DNA of 63,976 bases, the filler included, from a bacterium (GTDB lineage: Bacteria > JBBIVP01): assembly GCA_037439705.1 (NCBI GenBank). It is 5 parts of 5 records of this genome, joined end to end, with 100 filler letters (N's around TTAATTAATTAA, not from the genome) between each part and the next. Parts side by side here need not be neighbours in the genome. Positions count along the whole stretch, not along the records: positions 1 to 13,633 come from JBBIVP010000036.1; 4 more parts are not named here. One strand, written 5' to 3'. Under the pieces are notes generated by a model. That model saw only the letters and a list, made by a program, of their open reading frames with translations. It did no database searches and was not told the origin of the DNA. Of the stretch, positions 1 to 9,612 are shown one piece after another. Position numbers and translations under genes: made by a program. The stretch's first letter is position 1. Each line of letters opens with the position of its first letter.

Positions 1-327
1 TCTTCATAAGATGATAAAGAAAATTGTTGAAATAGGGGGCTTCCCCCATTAGGATATCTTATGAAAATGATAGAAGGAGTAAGCCCATGAAAGTAGGAAA
101 CCCTTTCCCCTCAATCTCCCTGAATCCATCGCACTTTTCCCCTCCATCATCATCCACCACCTCACACCCCCAAATTAAAATCTTCTTCCCTCTTAAACAA
201 AACATAAATTCTCATACAAAGGATACCATCTATTAACCAATGACCACCTATACAAATCAAACTTTGATATTTTTACCTTTTGATTTATACTGTTTTAGAT
301 GATAAAAAATTAAAAAAGGAGAAAGAG

Positions 328-1383
328 ATGGCTAAAAAGGCTCTTATTACAGGAATAAGGGGACAGGATGGAGCATATCTTGCAAAATTTCTTCTTGAAA
401 AGGGATACGAGGTATGGGGGGGTGACAGAAGAAACGGTGAGACCACAAACTGGAGGTTGAGGGAATTAAACATAATAAAAGATGTAAAAATTGTCTACAT
501 GGACCTCCTTGAACTCACAAACATAATGAGAACAATAGAAAAAATAAAACCGGATGAGGTCTATAACCTTGCAGCACAGAGCTTCGTTGAATCCTCCTTT
601 GAGATGCCAATTTTCACAGCAGATGTGAATGCACTCGGCGTTTTGAGGCTTCTTGAGGCTCTGAGAATGATAAAACCAGATACGAAATTCTATCAGGCTT
701 CAACAAGTGAGATGTTTGGAAGAACTCAAGAAACTCCGCAGAAGGAAAGAACGCCGTTTTATCCGAGAAGTCCATACGGCGTTTCAAAACTTTTCGCTCA
801 CTGGATAACTGTGAATTACAGGGAATCCTACGGGCTATTTGCATGCTGTGGCATATTTTTCAATCACGAATCACCCTTAAGAGGGCTGGAATTTGTTACG
901 AGGAAGATAACCTATGGATTAGCAAGGATAAAGTTCGGGCTTCAGGAAAAAATTCTTCTCGGCAATTTGGATGTAAAAAGGGACTGGGGATATGCTCCTG
1001 AATATGTGGAGGCAATGTGGCTCATGCTACAGCAAAAAGAACCCGACGATTATGTTATCGCTACGGGAGAAACACACTCGGTTAGGGAGTTTGTTGAAAA
1101 GGCGGGTAAAATAGCTGGCTTTGAAATATAATGGGAGCGAAAGTAAGAAAATACCAAGGGAATTGACAGAAAGAGCGGGAAGGTAATAGTAGAGGTTTCA
1201 AAAAGGTTTTACAGACCCGCGGATGTGGAATTTCTCATAGGTGACCCGTCAAAGGCAAGGGAAAAATTGAACTGGAGGCCGAGGACAAAATTTGAAGACC
1301 TCGTCCGCATAATGATGGAGGCAGATTTAAAAAAGGGGGAATATGAAAGAAAAAATAGTGGAAATTCCCGAACTTTCAAATAA
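328..1383 (+). pseudogene. gmd: GDP-mannose 4,6-dehydratase interrupted by two in-frame TAA codons (1129-1131, 1144-1146)
   Basis: [34 protein letters not shown] and RDWGYA motifs. The same frame continues past the stops with the Gmd C-terminus (FYRPADVEFLIGDPSKAREKLNW...IMMEADL). SD AAGGAG precedes ATG 328. The stops could be sequencing errors. Confidence 0.85.
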
Positions 1384-3064
1384 AGAAAAATCCCTTCTTT
1401 TTTTAATTCTTCTTTTTGGATTTCTTTTTAGGTTCATCGGGATATGGAAAAACCTGCCCTTTTCTGCAATTCCTGATGAAAATCTAATTCTCAGAGAAAC
1501 CCTGAAATTCGGATACAATCTGAATGTAGGAGAGGCTGTAAAATCAGCTCCCCATACCTTCATAAATTTTTTCTTCTGCTCAATTTATTATTTAATAAAC
1601 AGGATAGCGGGAATTTTTCAATCTCCAGAGGACATGGCTATAAAATTTGTGAGAGATCCATCCGACCTTTATTTTATTTTGAGAACTATAAGTTCAATTC
1701 TATCAACATTTTCTATCTTTTTGATGGCAATTTTTGTATACAATGTTATCAAAAAAAAGGAAGGATTTTTCTTGTCCGCTTTTTTGTATTCAATCCTTCC
1801 TGTTTCTGTTGTCATAGGAAGGGTTATGAAGGAAGATAACACTGCAATTCCCCTTTTCCTTATAGCCCTTATTTATCTTTACAGCCTTTATAATGAGGGT
1901 GGGACAAAAAAATTTTTCATAGAGGGATTTCTTACAGGATTAGCAGTTGCTGGGAAGGGATATGCTGTTTTTTTATACCCAATAATTTTCCTGATATGGT
2001 GGGAAAGAAGGGAAAAATTTTTGGTTCTTGTCATTTCTTTCTTGGGAGTAATAGTTGGAAACTCCATAATAAATCCATATCCATACTTCAACCTTGATAG
2101 AAACATCACCCTTACATTCCTTGGACCAGCCCTGCCCATTATTCTTGATATATTAGGGATAACCTCTTCGGAAGGGGCTTTCAGATATGCAAAGGTTGCT
2201 GGTGGATTAGGCGGAACAATTGGTGAGGGAATTTTTGGTATCAAAACTGCTATTGAGGATGCTACAGGATGGTTTTTCATATTCATCTCCGCTATTGGAT
2301 TCTTTTATTGCCTTTTAAAAAGAAAAAAAAATGTGCTTCTCCACCCCGCATTTCTATTTGTTCCACTTTATTTTTCTTCACTAATTCTTTACCCTCAGTG
2401 TTTTGATAAATACCTTCTTCCGCTCATCCCATTTCTTTTGATTTTATTGTTCACCTTTCTATTTGATATAAAACAATTTTACAGATACATCCTTTTTGGA
2501 TTGACATCATTTACCCTTTTGTTTATATCCCTCAAAAAGGTGATTTCTCAGATTACAGAGACTCCAACAGAAAAAATGGCTTTTGAATGGATAATAAGAA
2601 ATATAAAGTCAGGTGAAAAATTACTCATTGAGACAGGCATACTCCATTACACCCTTCCTGAAAAAATGGAATCTGTTATGAGGGAATTTGAGGAATATAA
2701 AAAATTTGAGCCATACATAAGCGGAAAGACATTTGATATAAGAATGAAATTCGCAGATGAAAACGGTTATGATATTTACAGAATATACCATTACAACCCC
2801 GAACTTTTTGGGTTTTCAGATGAAAAACCAGGCACTTACAACATTGAAGATATAAAGAAAAAATTTGATTATGTAATAATTGGAGAACCTTCTGAAGCTA
2901 TTGAGAAATGGAAGAGAGTTTCCAGAAGGTCACATGGATATATTTGGATGATAGAACTCTATTCTGCTATTAAGAAGGAACTTCAACCAGTTGCTGTATT
3001 TCCAACAAAAGGAGCAAAACCCTATGAGGGCTCAATCGTTATATATAAGGTAAAGAGAGAATAA
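1343..3064 (+). CDS. GT-C fold membrane glycosyltransferase (ArnT/PMT-like)
   Basis: PDE motif after the first TM helix, many hydrophobic segments, GLAVAGK motif, soluble C-terminal domain, glycan-cluster context. Confidence 0.65.
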   Translation: MKEKIVEIPELSNKEKSLLFLILLFGFLFRFIGIWKNLPFSAIPDENLILRETLKFGYNLNVGEAVKSAPHTFINFFFCSIYYLINRIAGIFQSPEDMAIKFVRDPSDLYFILRTISSILSTFSIFLMAIFVYNVIKKKEGFFLSAFLYSILPVSVVIGRVMKEDNTAIPLFLIALIYLYSLYNEGGTKKFFIEGFLTGLAVAGKGYAVFLYPIIFLIWWERREKFLVLVISFLGVIVGNSIINPYPYFNLDRNITLTFLGPALPIILDILGITSSEGAFRYAKVAGGLGGTIGEGIFGIKTAIEDATGWFFIFISAIGFFYCLLKRKKNVLLHPAFLFVPLYFSSLILYPQCFDKYLLPLIPFLLILLFTFLFDIKQFYRYILFGLTSFTLLFISLKKVISQITETPTEKMAFEWIIRNIKSGEKLLIETGILHYTLPEKMESVMREFEEYKKFEPYISGKTFDIRMKFADENGYDIYRIYHYNPELFGFSDEKPGTYNIEDIKKKFDYVIIGEPSEAIEKWKRVSRRSHGYIWMIELYSAIKKELQPVAVFPTKGAKPYEGSIVIYKVKRE

Positions 3065-3072
3065 AAAATAAA

Positions 3073-4296
3073 ATGACAAAAGAGATATTTAATACCTTTG
3101 GAGCAAAAATTTTTTGTTCTGCAGGAATGATGTTTATGGTTTTTTTGACTGCAAAACTCCTTGGAGCAGAAGGGAGGGGGACTGTGAGCCTTCTTGGAAC
3201 ATCCATATTTATAACCTCTATTTTTGGGGGATTCGTTGGAGGACCCTCGCTGGTTTATATATACCCAAGGCACAGAAATAAAAAAGAAACTGCTGGGATT
3301 ATTAAGCTCTCTTATTTATGGGAAGTTATAATAAGTTTTTTTATTGCAGCAATTTTTTACATCGGAAGATGGGTTCCCATGGCTCTGATACCCCACATAT
3401 TTTTTCTCGGATTCTTTCTATCAATATTTATGACCAACCTTTTCCTTTTCCAATCCTTTGAAAAGATGGGGATTTACAACCTATCCCTCGTCCTTCAGAT
3501 GTTTTTCCTCATCATGATTTTTTGTGTATTGAGTTTCTTGTTTGACAAAAGGACTGTGGATTCCTATATAATTTCTCTTTACATATCTTATCTTATAGGA
3601 ATATCTTTTCAGATATTCTTTATTTATCATACGATAAAATTCCTTGAGGATGGGGAAAGACTCTCCTTTTCTGTTATAAAAGAGATGTTAAACCTTGGTT
3701 TCATGAATCAACTTGCTAATTTTTTTCAATACCTGAACTACCGGTTCACTTATTTCGTCCTTAATGAGTTAAAAGGACCTGCTGATGTTGGCATATATTC
3801 AGTTGGGGTGGGAATAGCAGAATCTCTGTGGATAATTTCCTCAAGTTTATACACGGTTCAGTACGCAAAAATAACAAATACAAATGATTTAAATTATGCA
3901 AGAAAACTAACCCTCAAGTTCTCAAGGATGAGTTTTCTTTTTACACTTCTTGCCCTTATTCCAATTTTTTTTATTCCTTCCCATTTTTTCGTGATAATTT
4001 TTGGAAACGAATTCAATGAGGTAAAAAGGGTTATACTTTATCTTTCACCGGGAATTTTAATTTTTGCAGTTGCTATTATATTTTACCACTACTTCGCTGG
4101 CATCGGAAAGTATCACATATATGCCCTCGGAGCACTTTTTGGCTTCCTTTTCACCCTAACATTCAATCTCCTCCTCGTTCAGAAATATGGCTGGCTCGGC
4201 TCAGCGTTATCCACAGACATTTGCTATATCGCTATTTTTGCATTTGCCCTTTTTGCTTTTTTCAGGAAAGAAAAAAGCTCAAGATGTGTGGAATAG
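3073..4296 (+). CDS. Wzx-like oligosaccharide flippase / polysaccharide biosynthesis protein
   Basis: About 12 TM segments; LLGAEGRG, VGIYSVG and YGWLGSA motifs typical of MOP-family flippases. Confidence 0.8.
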   Translation: MTKEIFNTFGAKIFCSAGMMFMVFLTAKLLGAEGRGTVSLLGTSIFITSIFGGFVGGPSLVYIYPRHRNKKETAGIIKLSYLWEVIISFFIAAIFYIGRWVPMALIPHIFFLGFFLSIFMTNLFLFQSFEKMGIYNLSLVLQMFFLIMIFCVLSFLFDKRTVDSYIISLYISYLIGISFQIFFIYHTIKFLEDGERLSFSVIKEMLNLGFMNQLANFFQYLNYRFTYFVLNELKGPADVGIYSVGVGIAESLWIISSSLYTVQYAKITNTNDLNYARKLTLKFSRMSFLFTLLALIPIFFIPSHFFVIIFGNEFNEVKRVILYLSPGILIFAVAIIFYHYFAGIGKYHIYALGALFGFLFTLTFNLLLVQKYGWLGSALSTDICYIAIFAFALFAFFRKEKSSRCVE

Positions 4297-6224
4297 CGGG
4301 AATATTCAGTCAGAGATATATCTCATCTCATATAATAAAGGAGATGACAGATGCCTTCAGAAGGAGGGGACCTGACGATGAAGGATATATTGCAATAAAC
4401 ACATTTGACGAAAGTTTACAAGTCCTCTCTGGAAGGGAAAGCATGATTTCTGGGAAATCAATTGATGATTTCAAGGGAAAGGCTAACCTTTACTTTGGAG
4501 TAAGAAGGCTTGCAATAATTGACCTTTCAGATAAAGCCCATCAGCCAATGGGAAATGAAGATGGAAATCTCTGGCTTGCCTACAACGGAGAGATTTACAA
4601 CTACATAGAATTAAGGGAGGAACTGAAGAAAATGGGTTATAGATTTTTTTCAAATTCTGATACAGAGGTTCTTCTGAGAGCATACGAGGAATGGGGAGAA
4701 ACCTGCGTTGAGAGATTTAACGGGATGTGGGCATTTGTGATATACGATAAAAGGAAAAAAATCCTTTTCGGTTCAAGGGATAGAACGGGCGTAAAGCCTC
4801 TGTATTATTACCTTGAACCCGGAATTTTTATTTTCTCATCCGAAATAAAATCAATTCTGAAAAGTCCTTATGTAAAAACAGGAATAAATCCAAAAGCAGT
4901 GTTTTATTACCTTCTTTTCGGGGACGACAATCCAGAAGAAGGATTTTTTAAAAACATTCACGAACTTCCGCCCGCATTCTCTTTTGTTTATGACCTTTCA
5001 ACAGGAAATTTTAGAAAGTTTTCCTACTGGAAACCTGAAATAAATTTTAAAATGGAAAAATTTGATGAAAAAAAATTTAAAAATTATGTGGAGGAAACGA
5101 AAAATTTTATAGTTGATGCCATTTCACTGAGGCTTCGTTCCGATGTTCCTGTTGGAACATGCCTGAGCGGAGGACTTGATAGCTCAACGGTTGCTTGTTT
5201 AATCAACGAAATAAATAAAAAGATGAGGTTAAAGGAAATAGGTGAAAAACAGAAGGTCTTTACAGCAATTTTTCCCGGAAAAGAAATTGATGAGGAAAAG
5301 TGGGCTGAAGCGGTGGTAAACAAAACTGGCGCTGAATGGCACAGGGTATCACCGTCTTCTGATGAACTTCTTCACGATCTGGAAGAACTTATAATGGCAC
5401 AGGAGATTCCATTTGCATCCACAAGCATATATGCCCAGTTCAGGGTTATGAAAATGGCAAAGGAAAACGGAATAAAGGTGCTTCTTGACGGACAGGGTGG
5501 AGATGAAATATTCGCAGGATACCCCCACTTTTACATATCTTTTTTTCTGGAAATGATAAAAAATTTTGCAGTTCTTTCCTTCATTAAAGAATTTTTGAAA
5601 ATCTCAAACTCTCCAATTCGCTATGAATACATCCTCAAAGGGATTCTGAAGTTTTTTGCCTGGAAAACCCTTCCATCATTTTTGAGGGGAAAACTTAGGG
5701 AGATGGCAAAAATTGAAGGAATGTGTTTAAAGAAGGATTTTTTAGATTCTTATAGAAAACATCTCAGAGAATATGAGGAATTTTTCATTTCTTCACTGAA
5801 CGAACTCTCAAAAAAACTCCTTGAAAGGAGTTTGAGAACCCTTTTAAGGTATGAGGACAGAAATTCTATGTGGTTTTCCATAGAGGCAAGAACCCCATTT
5901 TCAGATGACATAAACCTGATAAATCATCAGATGAGCATTCCTGGAGCCTTCAAAATACACAATGGATGGAGCAAATTCATTCTTAGAAATGCAGTAAAGG
6001 GAATTGTTCCTTACGAAATCAGATGGAGGAAAGACAAAAAGGGTTTCCTAACACCTGAAAGGGAATGGCTTATTGAAAAGTGGAACTGTTTTGAAGAATT
6101 TCTTCTTTATGAGGACGAATTCTTTGATCCTAAAAAAGTTAAGAAATACAAAACACATCTTCTTAAAAAAGAGAGCCTCTGGAGATTTATAAATTTAGTT
6201 ATCTGGAAAAAAATTTTTTTCTGA
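4284..6224 (+). CDS. asnB: Asparagine synthase (glutamine-hydrolysing) family amidotransferase, probably glycan-modifying
   Basis: N-terminal MCGIAG at ATG 4284 (the ORF-track start 4221 is too early); RGPD, NGEIYN, LSGGLDSS, LDGQGGDE and KKGF motifs. Confidence 0.92.
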   Translation: MCGIAGIFSQRYISSHIIKEMTDAFRRRGPDDEGYIAINTFDESLQVLSGRESMISGKSIDDFKGKANLYFGVRRLAIIDLSDKAHQPMGNEDGNLWLAYNGEIYNYIELREELKKMGYRFFSNSDTEVLLRAYEEWGETCVERFNGMWAFVIYDKRKKILFGSRDRTGVKPLYYYLEPGIFIFSSEIKSILKSPYVKTGINPKAVFYYLLFGDDNPEEGFFKNIHELPPAFSFVYDLSTGNFRKFSYWKPEINFKMEKFDEKKFKNYVEETKNFIVDAISLRLRSDVPVGTCLSGGLDSSTVACLINEINKKMRLKEIGEKQKVFTAIFPGKEIDEEKWAEAVVNKTGAEWHRVSPSSDELLHDLEELIMAQEIPFASTSIYAQFRVMKMAKENGIKVLLDGQGGDEIFAGYPHFYISFFLEMIKNFAVLSFIKEFLKISNSPIRYEYILKGILKFFAWKTLPSFLRGKLREMAKIEGMCLKKDFLDSYRKHLREYEEFFISSLNELSKKLLERSLRTLLRYEDRNSMWFSIEARTPFSDDINLINHQMSIPGAFKIHNGWSKFILRNAVKGIVPYEIRWRKDKKGFLTPEREWLIEKWNCFEEFLLYEDEFFDPKKVKKYKTHLLKKESLWRFINLVIWKKIFF

Positions 6225-6226
6225 AT

Positions 6227-6682
6227 CTATTTTATCCCTCTCAAGAATTCTTCAACAACTGTGATAGTTCTTTGTGCCCGTGTCACCAGTTCTTTAGCTA
6301 TATCCTCCGTGCAAAGGTCTACTACAGGAATCCAGCCGCTTCCATCATCTTTTTCTTTCCCGTATACAGACAACCCATGCCATGGAGCTGACACCCTTAT
6401 ATCTTCGATTACATTAGATAATAAATTCAGAAATTGATACCCAAACATAGTTTTTATTTCCTCTTTTTTATCCTCAATAATTCTATTAAGTTGTCCATCG
6501 GGACTATGTGTCCAGTCCTGTTCTTCAAATAAAGCAATCACTGCCTTTACTGAAAGTTCAATTGCTAACTGAGCGTTCTGAACCGCACCACGCCAGTATC
6601 CTTCGTTAAAACATCTTTGTGCGTGGTTAAAACAATCCCTCGCATCTTTCATCCAGCGCTCAGATTCAGAATAATTCTCCAT
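6227..6682 (-). CDS. HEPN domain protein (MNT-HEPN toxin-antitoxin partner)
   Basis: W..DA...F..A....EG.W..AV.NAQLAIELSVKA...WTH pattern; TGATG overlap with the upstream MNT gene. Confidence 0.8.
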   Translation of the reverse strand: MENYSESERWMKDARDCFNHAQRCFNEGYWRGAVQNAQLAIELSVKAVIALFEEQDWTHSPDGQLNRIIEDKKEEIKTMFGYQFLNLLSNVIEDIRVSAPWHGLSVYGKEKDDGSGWIPVVDLCTEDIAKELVTRAQRTITVVEEFLRGIK

Positions 6683-7187
6683 CAGTCTTCTACCTCTAAT
6701 ACCAATCTCTCACCGAGTTTCAGATTTGGGGCGGACCAAACTTTGTGGCTTCCGATCTCTCTTTCCACCAGACCCGCCTTTCTGGCAGTGGTTAATATTT
6801 TCTCAAACAGTTCTTTTATGCCTCCTTTATCATATACAAGAACCCCTTCCGAAGCAAGCCTTAATACATACCAGTTGGATATCTTTTTCAGTCCCTCAAC
6901 AGAATAGGTTATAACTGTTACATCCCTTCTGAACTTACTCAGAGCATCCTTTATCCTTTCCCACCAGATTCGGTCAGCATCATAATTGGATCTTCTTTCC
7001 TTCACCACCACAAAAACATCTATGTCGCTTTTCTCATTAAAATCTCCCCTGGCTAAAGAACCCATAATCCCTATCGCTTCCGCTTCTTTCAGGACCTCTC
7101 CGAGAGAAAGAATCGCTTCTTTAACTGCTGAAAGAGAAGGCGAAATGCCCGCCCTTTTTCGTTCTTAGATTTCAACTGAGCCTCCAT
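6682..7187 (-). CDS. Minimal nucleotidyltransferase (MNT), apparently frameshifted near its 5' end
   Basis: GSLARGDF..SDIDVFVV motif. The frame stays open upstream of 7065 to a TAA at about 7166. The best start (ATG 7187, MEAQLKSKNEK) is one base out of frame at an A5 run (7155-7159). Confidence 0.75.
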
Positions 7188-7248
7188 ACTCTTCCAAAAA
7201 TTATAGGATATATAAATTTTATAAATTTCAGCGGGAATTATCAAATCT

Positions 7249-7576
7249 CCCCGGAGGAGGTAATAAGCCGGATTCTGTATCAGCGGTCATTACTCTGAGC
7301 GACCTACCCGGGGTTAACGGGCGGGCCACCCAAACCCCTGCTTGGTCTTGCTCCGGATGGGGTTTTGCCACTTCTGCCCTTTCGAGCAGAAGGGGTGAGC
7401 TCTTACCTCACCGTTTCACCCTTACCCGCATTAGCGGGCGGTATAGTTTCTGTGCCACTTTCCTTCCTAGCGCCTCGCGACGCCAGTATCCTGCCTTTCG
7501 GCAGGACATCCTGCCCTGCGGAGTCCGGACTTTCCTCCTGTGCATAAGGCACAGGCGACCGCTACCTCCTTCGGAG
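7249..7576 (-). ncRNA. rnpB: RNase P RNA (type A-like, compact, lacking P18 and P19)
   Basis: Universal motifs GAGGAAAGUCCGG and ACAGAAUCCGGCUUA; P1 CCGAAGGAGGUA/UACCUCCUCCGG; P2 GCGGUCG/UGACCGC; AAGGGUGAAACGGUGAGGUAAGAGCUCACC; L15 GGU motif. Confidence 0.97.
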
Positions 7577-7608
7577 CTTTTATAATTATACAAAATTTTA
7601 TGTGTTTT

Positions 7609-8580
7609 TTAAATGTGATTAACCGGAATGAGCCTTAACACACACTCGTCAAGTAAAACCTTTAAAAACAAATATTCTGCTTGTGTCCCCCTTTTCAGAT
7701 AGGTGTTATTCTTCAGAAATATAACCGTGTCGGTTTTGTGAAGGCTTTTTGTGTCGAATTCATCTGTAGCGAGGAAAATTCTTGGTGGCTTTGTTTTATC
7801 AAAAATGTCTTTTATTTTTTTTATATCTTCAACAGGAATTACATAAAATGAATAAACGAAAAACCTCGCCCTGAGCACCTCATCTTTTCTTTCAACTTTA
7901 AAGCCCATTTTATTCCATATATTCTCAAAGGATTGAACCACATATTGAAGTTTTTCTCTAATTTCATACTCCTTTTTATAAGTGTGCTCCTCACGCTGTG
8001 GCGCGCACGGTATTCCTGCACAAAATGTTCTATCCGGCAGGGATTTTGTGATAATTGAACCTGTTCCTACTATTGTGAACTTTCCTATCTCTGTATCAGG
8101 TAGGACAATGCACGCAGGCGGAAGCCATGCACCCTCTTTTATCCTGACAGGACCATATTTATAAGGATATCCGTCTGCCTTTGATGGAAAGTATCCGTGC
8201 GTCCATATCTGGGATCTCGCTCCTATTCCCACATTATCCTCTACAATTACATCCCTTTTCACATCTATAATTGACTCATCACCTACCCATGAGTTGTATC
8301 CGATATAAACACTTCCCCTTTCAAAAATATGCCCGGAAATTACTACTCCTCTCTTTATTTTTGCATAATCCTTTATCTCAATCCTTTCTATCCTTTCAAT
8401 CACAACCCCATCTTCTATCACTACACCATCCCCTATTTTAAGGTTCTTCGGAGGAATTTTTAACTTTATTTTTCCAATAGTTACCCTTTTGCCAATTTCT
8501 GCTCCTCTTAATTTAAGGAGAATTTTGCGAAAAAATGAACTTATAACTCTAAATCCATATTTTATCAACTCCTTTCCCAT
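7609..8580 (-). CDS. Hexapeptide-repeat (left-handed beta-helix) acyltransferase with C-terminal extension
   Basis: Repeated IG.. hexapeptides; IWTH, GPVRIKEGAW and CAGIPC motifs. Confidence 0.8.
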   Translation of the reverse strand: MGKELIKYGFRVISSFFRKILLKLRGAEIGKRVTIGKIKLKIPPKNLKIGDGVVIEDGVVIERIERIEIKDYAKIKRGVVISGHIFERGSVYIGYNSWVGDESIIDVKRDVIVEDNVGIGARSQIWTHGYFPSKADGYPYKYGPVRIKEGAWLPPACIVLPDTEIGKFTIVGTGSIITKSLPDRTFCAGIPCAPQREEHTYKKEYEIREKLQYVVQSFENIWNKMGFKVERKDEVLRARFFVYSFYVIPVEDIKKIKDIFDKTKPPRIFLATDEFDTKSLHKTDTVIFLKNNTYLKRGTQAEYLFLKVLLDECVLRLIPVNHI

Positions 8581-8646
8581 TGTATTGATAAAGTTTATGC
8601 ATAATATAAAATTTTATCAAGAAAAAATGAAAGGTAATAAAAGAAA

Positions 8647-9612
8647 TTGAGGAATAGAAATTCCATTCAAGAACGGAAGTGGTTCAAAATTTTAAGGATA
8701 ACGCTTATTATTATAGCGATAGGGTTTATTGTTTATTATTTAGAAAAAAACTGGAACAATTTAGAAAATCACGCCTTCACGATAAGATACAGATGGCTAA
8801 CAATAGCCTTCATTTTTGCTTTTCTTTACTACTATGCAAAAGCATTTTTGTGGGTTTTATTAAACAAATGGGCAGGGAATTCTTTTTCACCTTTTCTTCT
8901 TATGAAAGGATGGATATATGGAATATTTGGGAAATATATACCTGGCAAGGTATTCTACTGGATATCCCGGACCCAATTTACAGCCCATAATTTTTCAGAA
9001 GCTTTTGCAATAATAACGATTTCTGCTTTTGAAGTTCTGTTGGATATAACTTCTTCATATATTACAATGGTCTTGAGTATTCCATTTTTCATCTTTTCGG
9101 AATTGCGAGTTCCTTATTTAGAAGTTATATCAACGGGTGCAATTTTAAGTTTAATTCCTTTGATACGACCAGAGAGCATTTTCAAAATAGCAAGAAAAAT
9201 CGGAAAAAGAATTACGAGGGATCCGGAATTCATGAAAAAAACGATAAAACCAAAAGTATTTTATAAACTCCTCTTTTTATATTTTTTAAATACCGTAGTA
9301 ACAGGTGGTATTGGATTGTTCGCATTCGTAAATGCATTTTACACATTAAATATAACCCACATATTTTACATAGCCTTTGTCCTCTCTTTTACATCAGTTT
9401 TAAGTATCCTTATTTTGCCAGTCCCTGCCGGAATAGGGATTAGAGAAACTGCTTTCATACTACTTTTAAATAAAATCATTCCTGAGGAAACTGCGCTCAT
9501 TATAAGTTTATCTTCTCGTTTATGGATAACTTTTACCGAAATTTTGGTAATTTTACTCTGGATTTTAATAGATAAAGCATTCACTAAATTATTTCGTTTT
9601 AAGAAAAGATAA
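8647..9612 (+). CDS. Lysylphosphatidylglycerol-synthase TM-domain / flippase-like membrane protein
   Basis: FGKYIPGK and PAGIGIRE motifs, multiple TM helices. Confidence 0.75.
   Translation: MRNRNSIQERKWFKILRITLIIIAIGFIVYYLEKNWNNLENHAFTIRYRWLTIAFIFAFLYYYAKAFLWVLLNKWAGNSFSPFLLMKGWIYGIFGKYIPGKVFYWISRTQFTAHNFSEAFAIITISAFEVLLDITSSYITMVLSIPFFIFSELRVPYLEVISTGAILSLIPLIRPESIFKIARKIGKRITRDPEFMKKTIKPKVFYKLLFLYFLNTVVTGGIGLFAFVNAFYTLNITHIFYIAFVLSFTSVLSILILPVPAGIGIRETAFILLLNKIIPEETALIISLSSRLWITFTEILVILLWILIDKAFTKLFRFKKR

Noticed and set aside
118-135. CTGAATCC resembling the start of a c-di-AMP (ydaO) riboswitch
   Set aside because: The remaining conserved elements of that riboswitch are not found downstream.
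7365-7593. Two 60-aa ORFs on opposite strands
   Set aside because: Both overlap the GC-rich RNase P RNA gene and are spurious.
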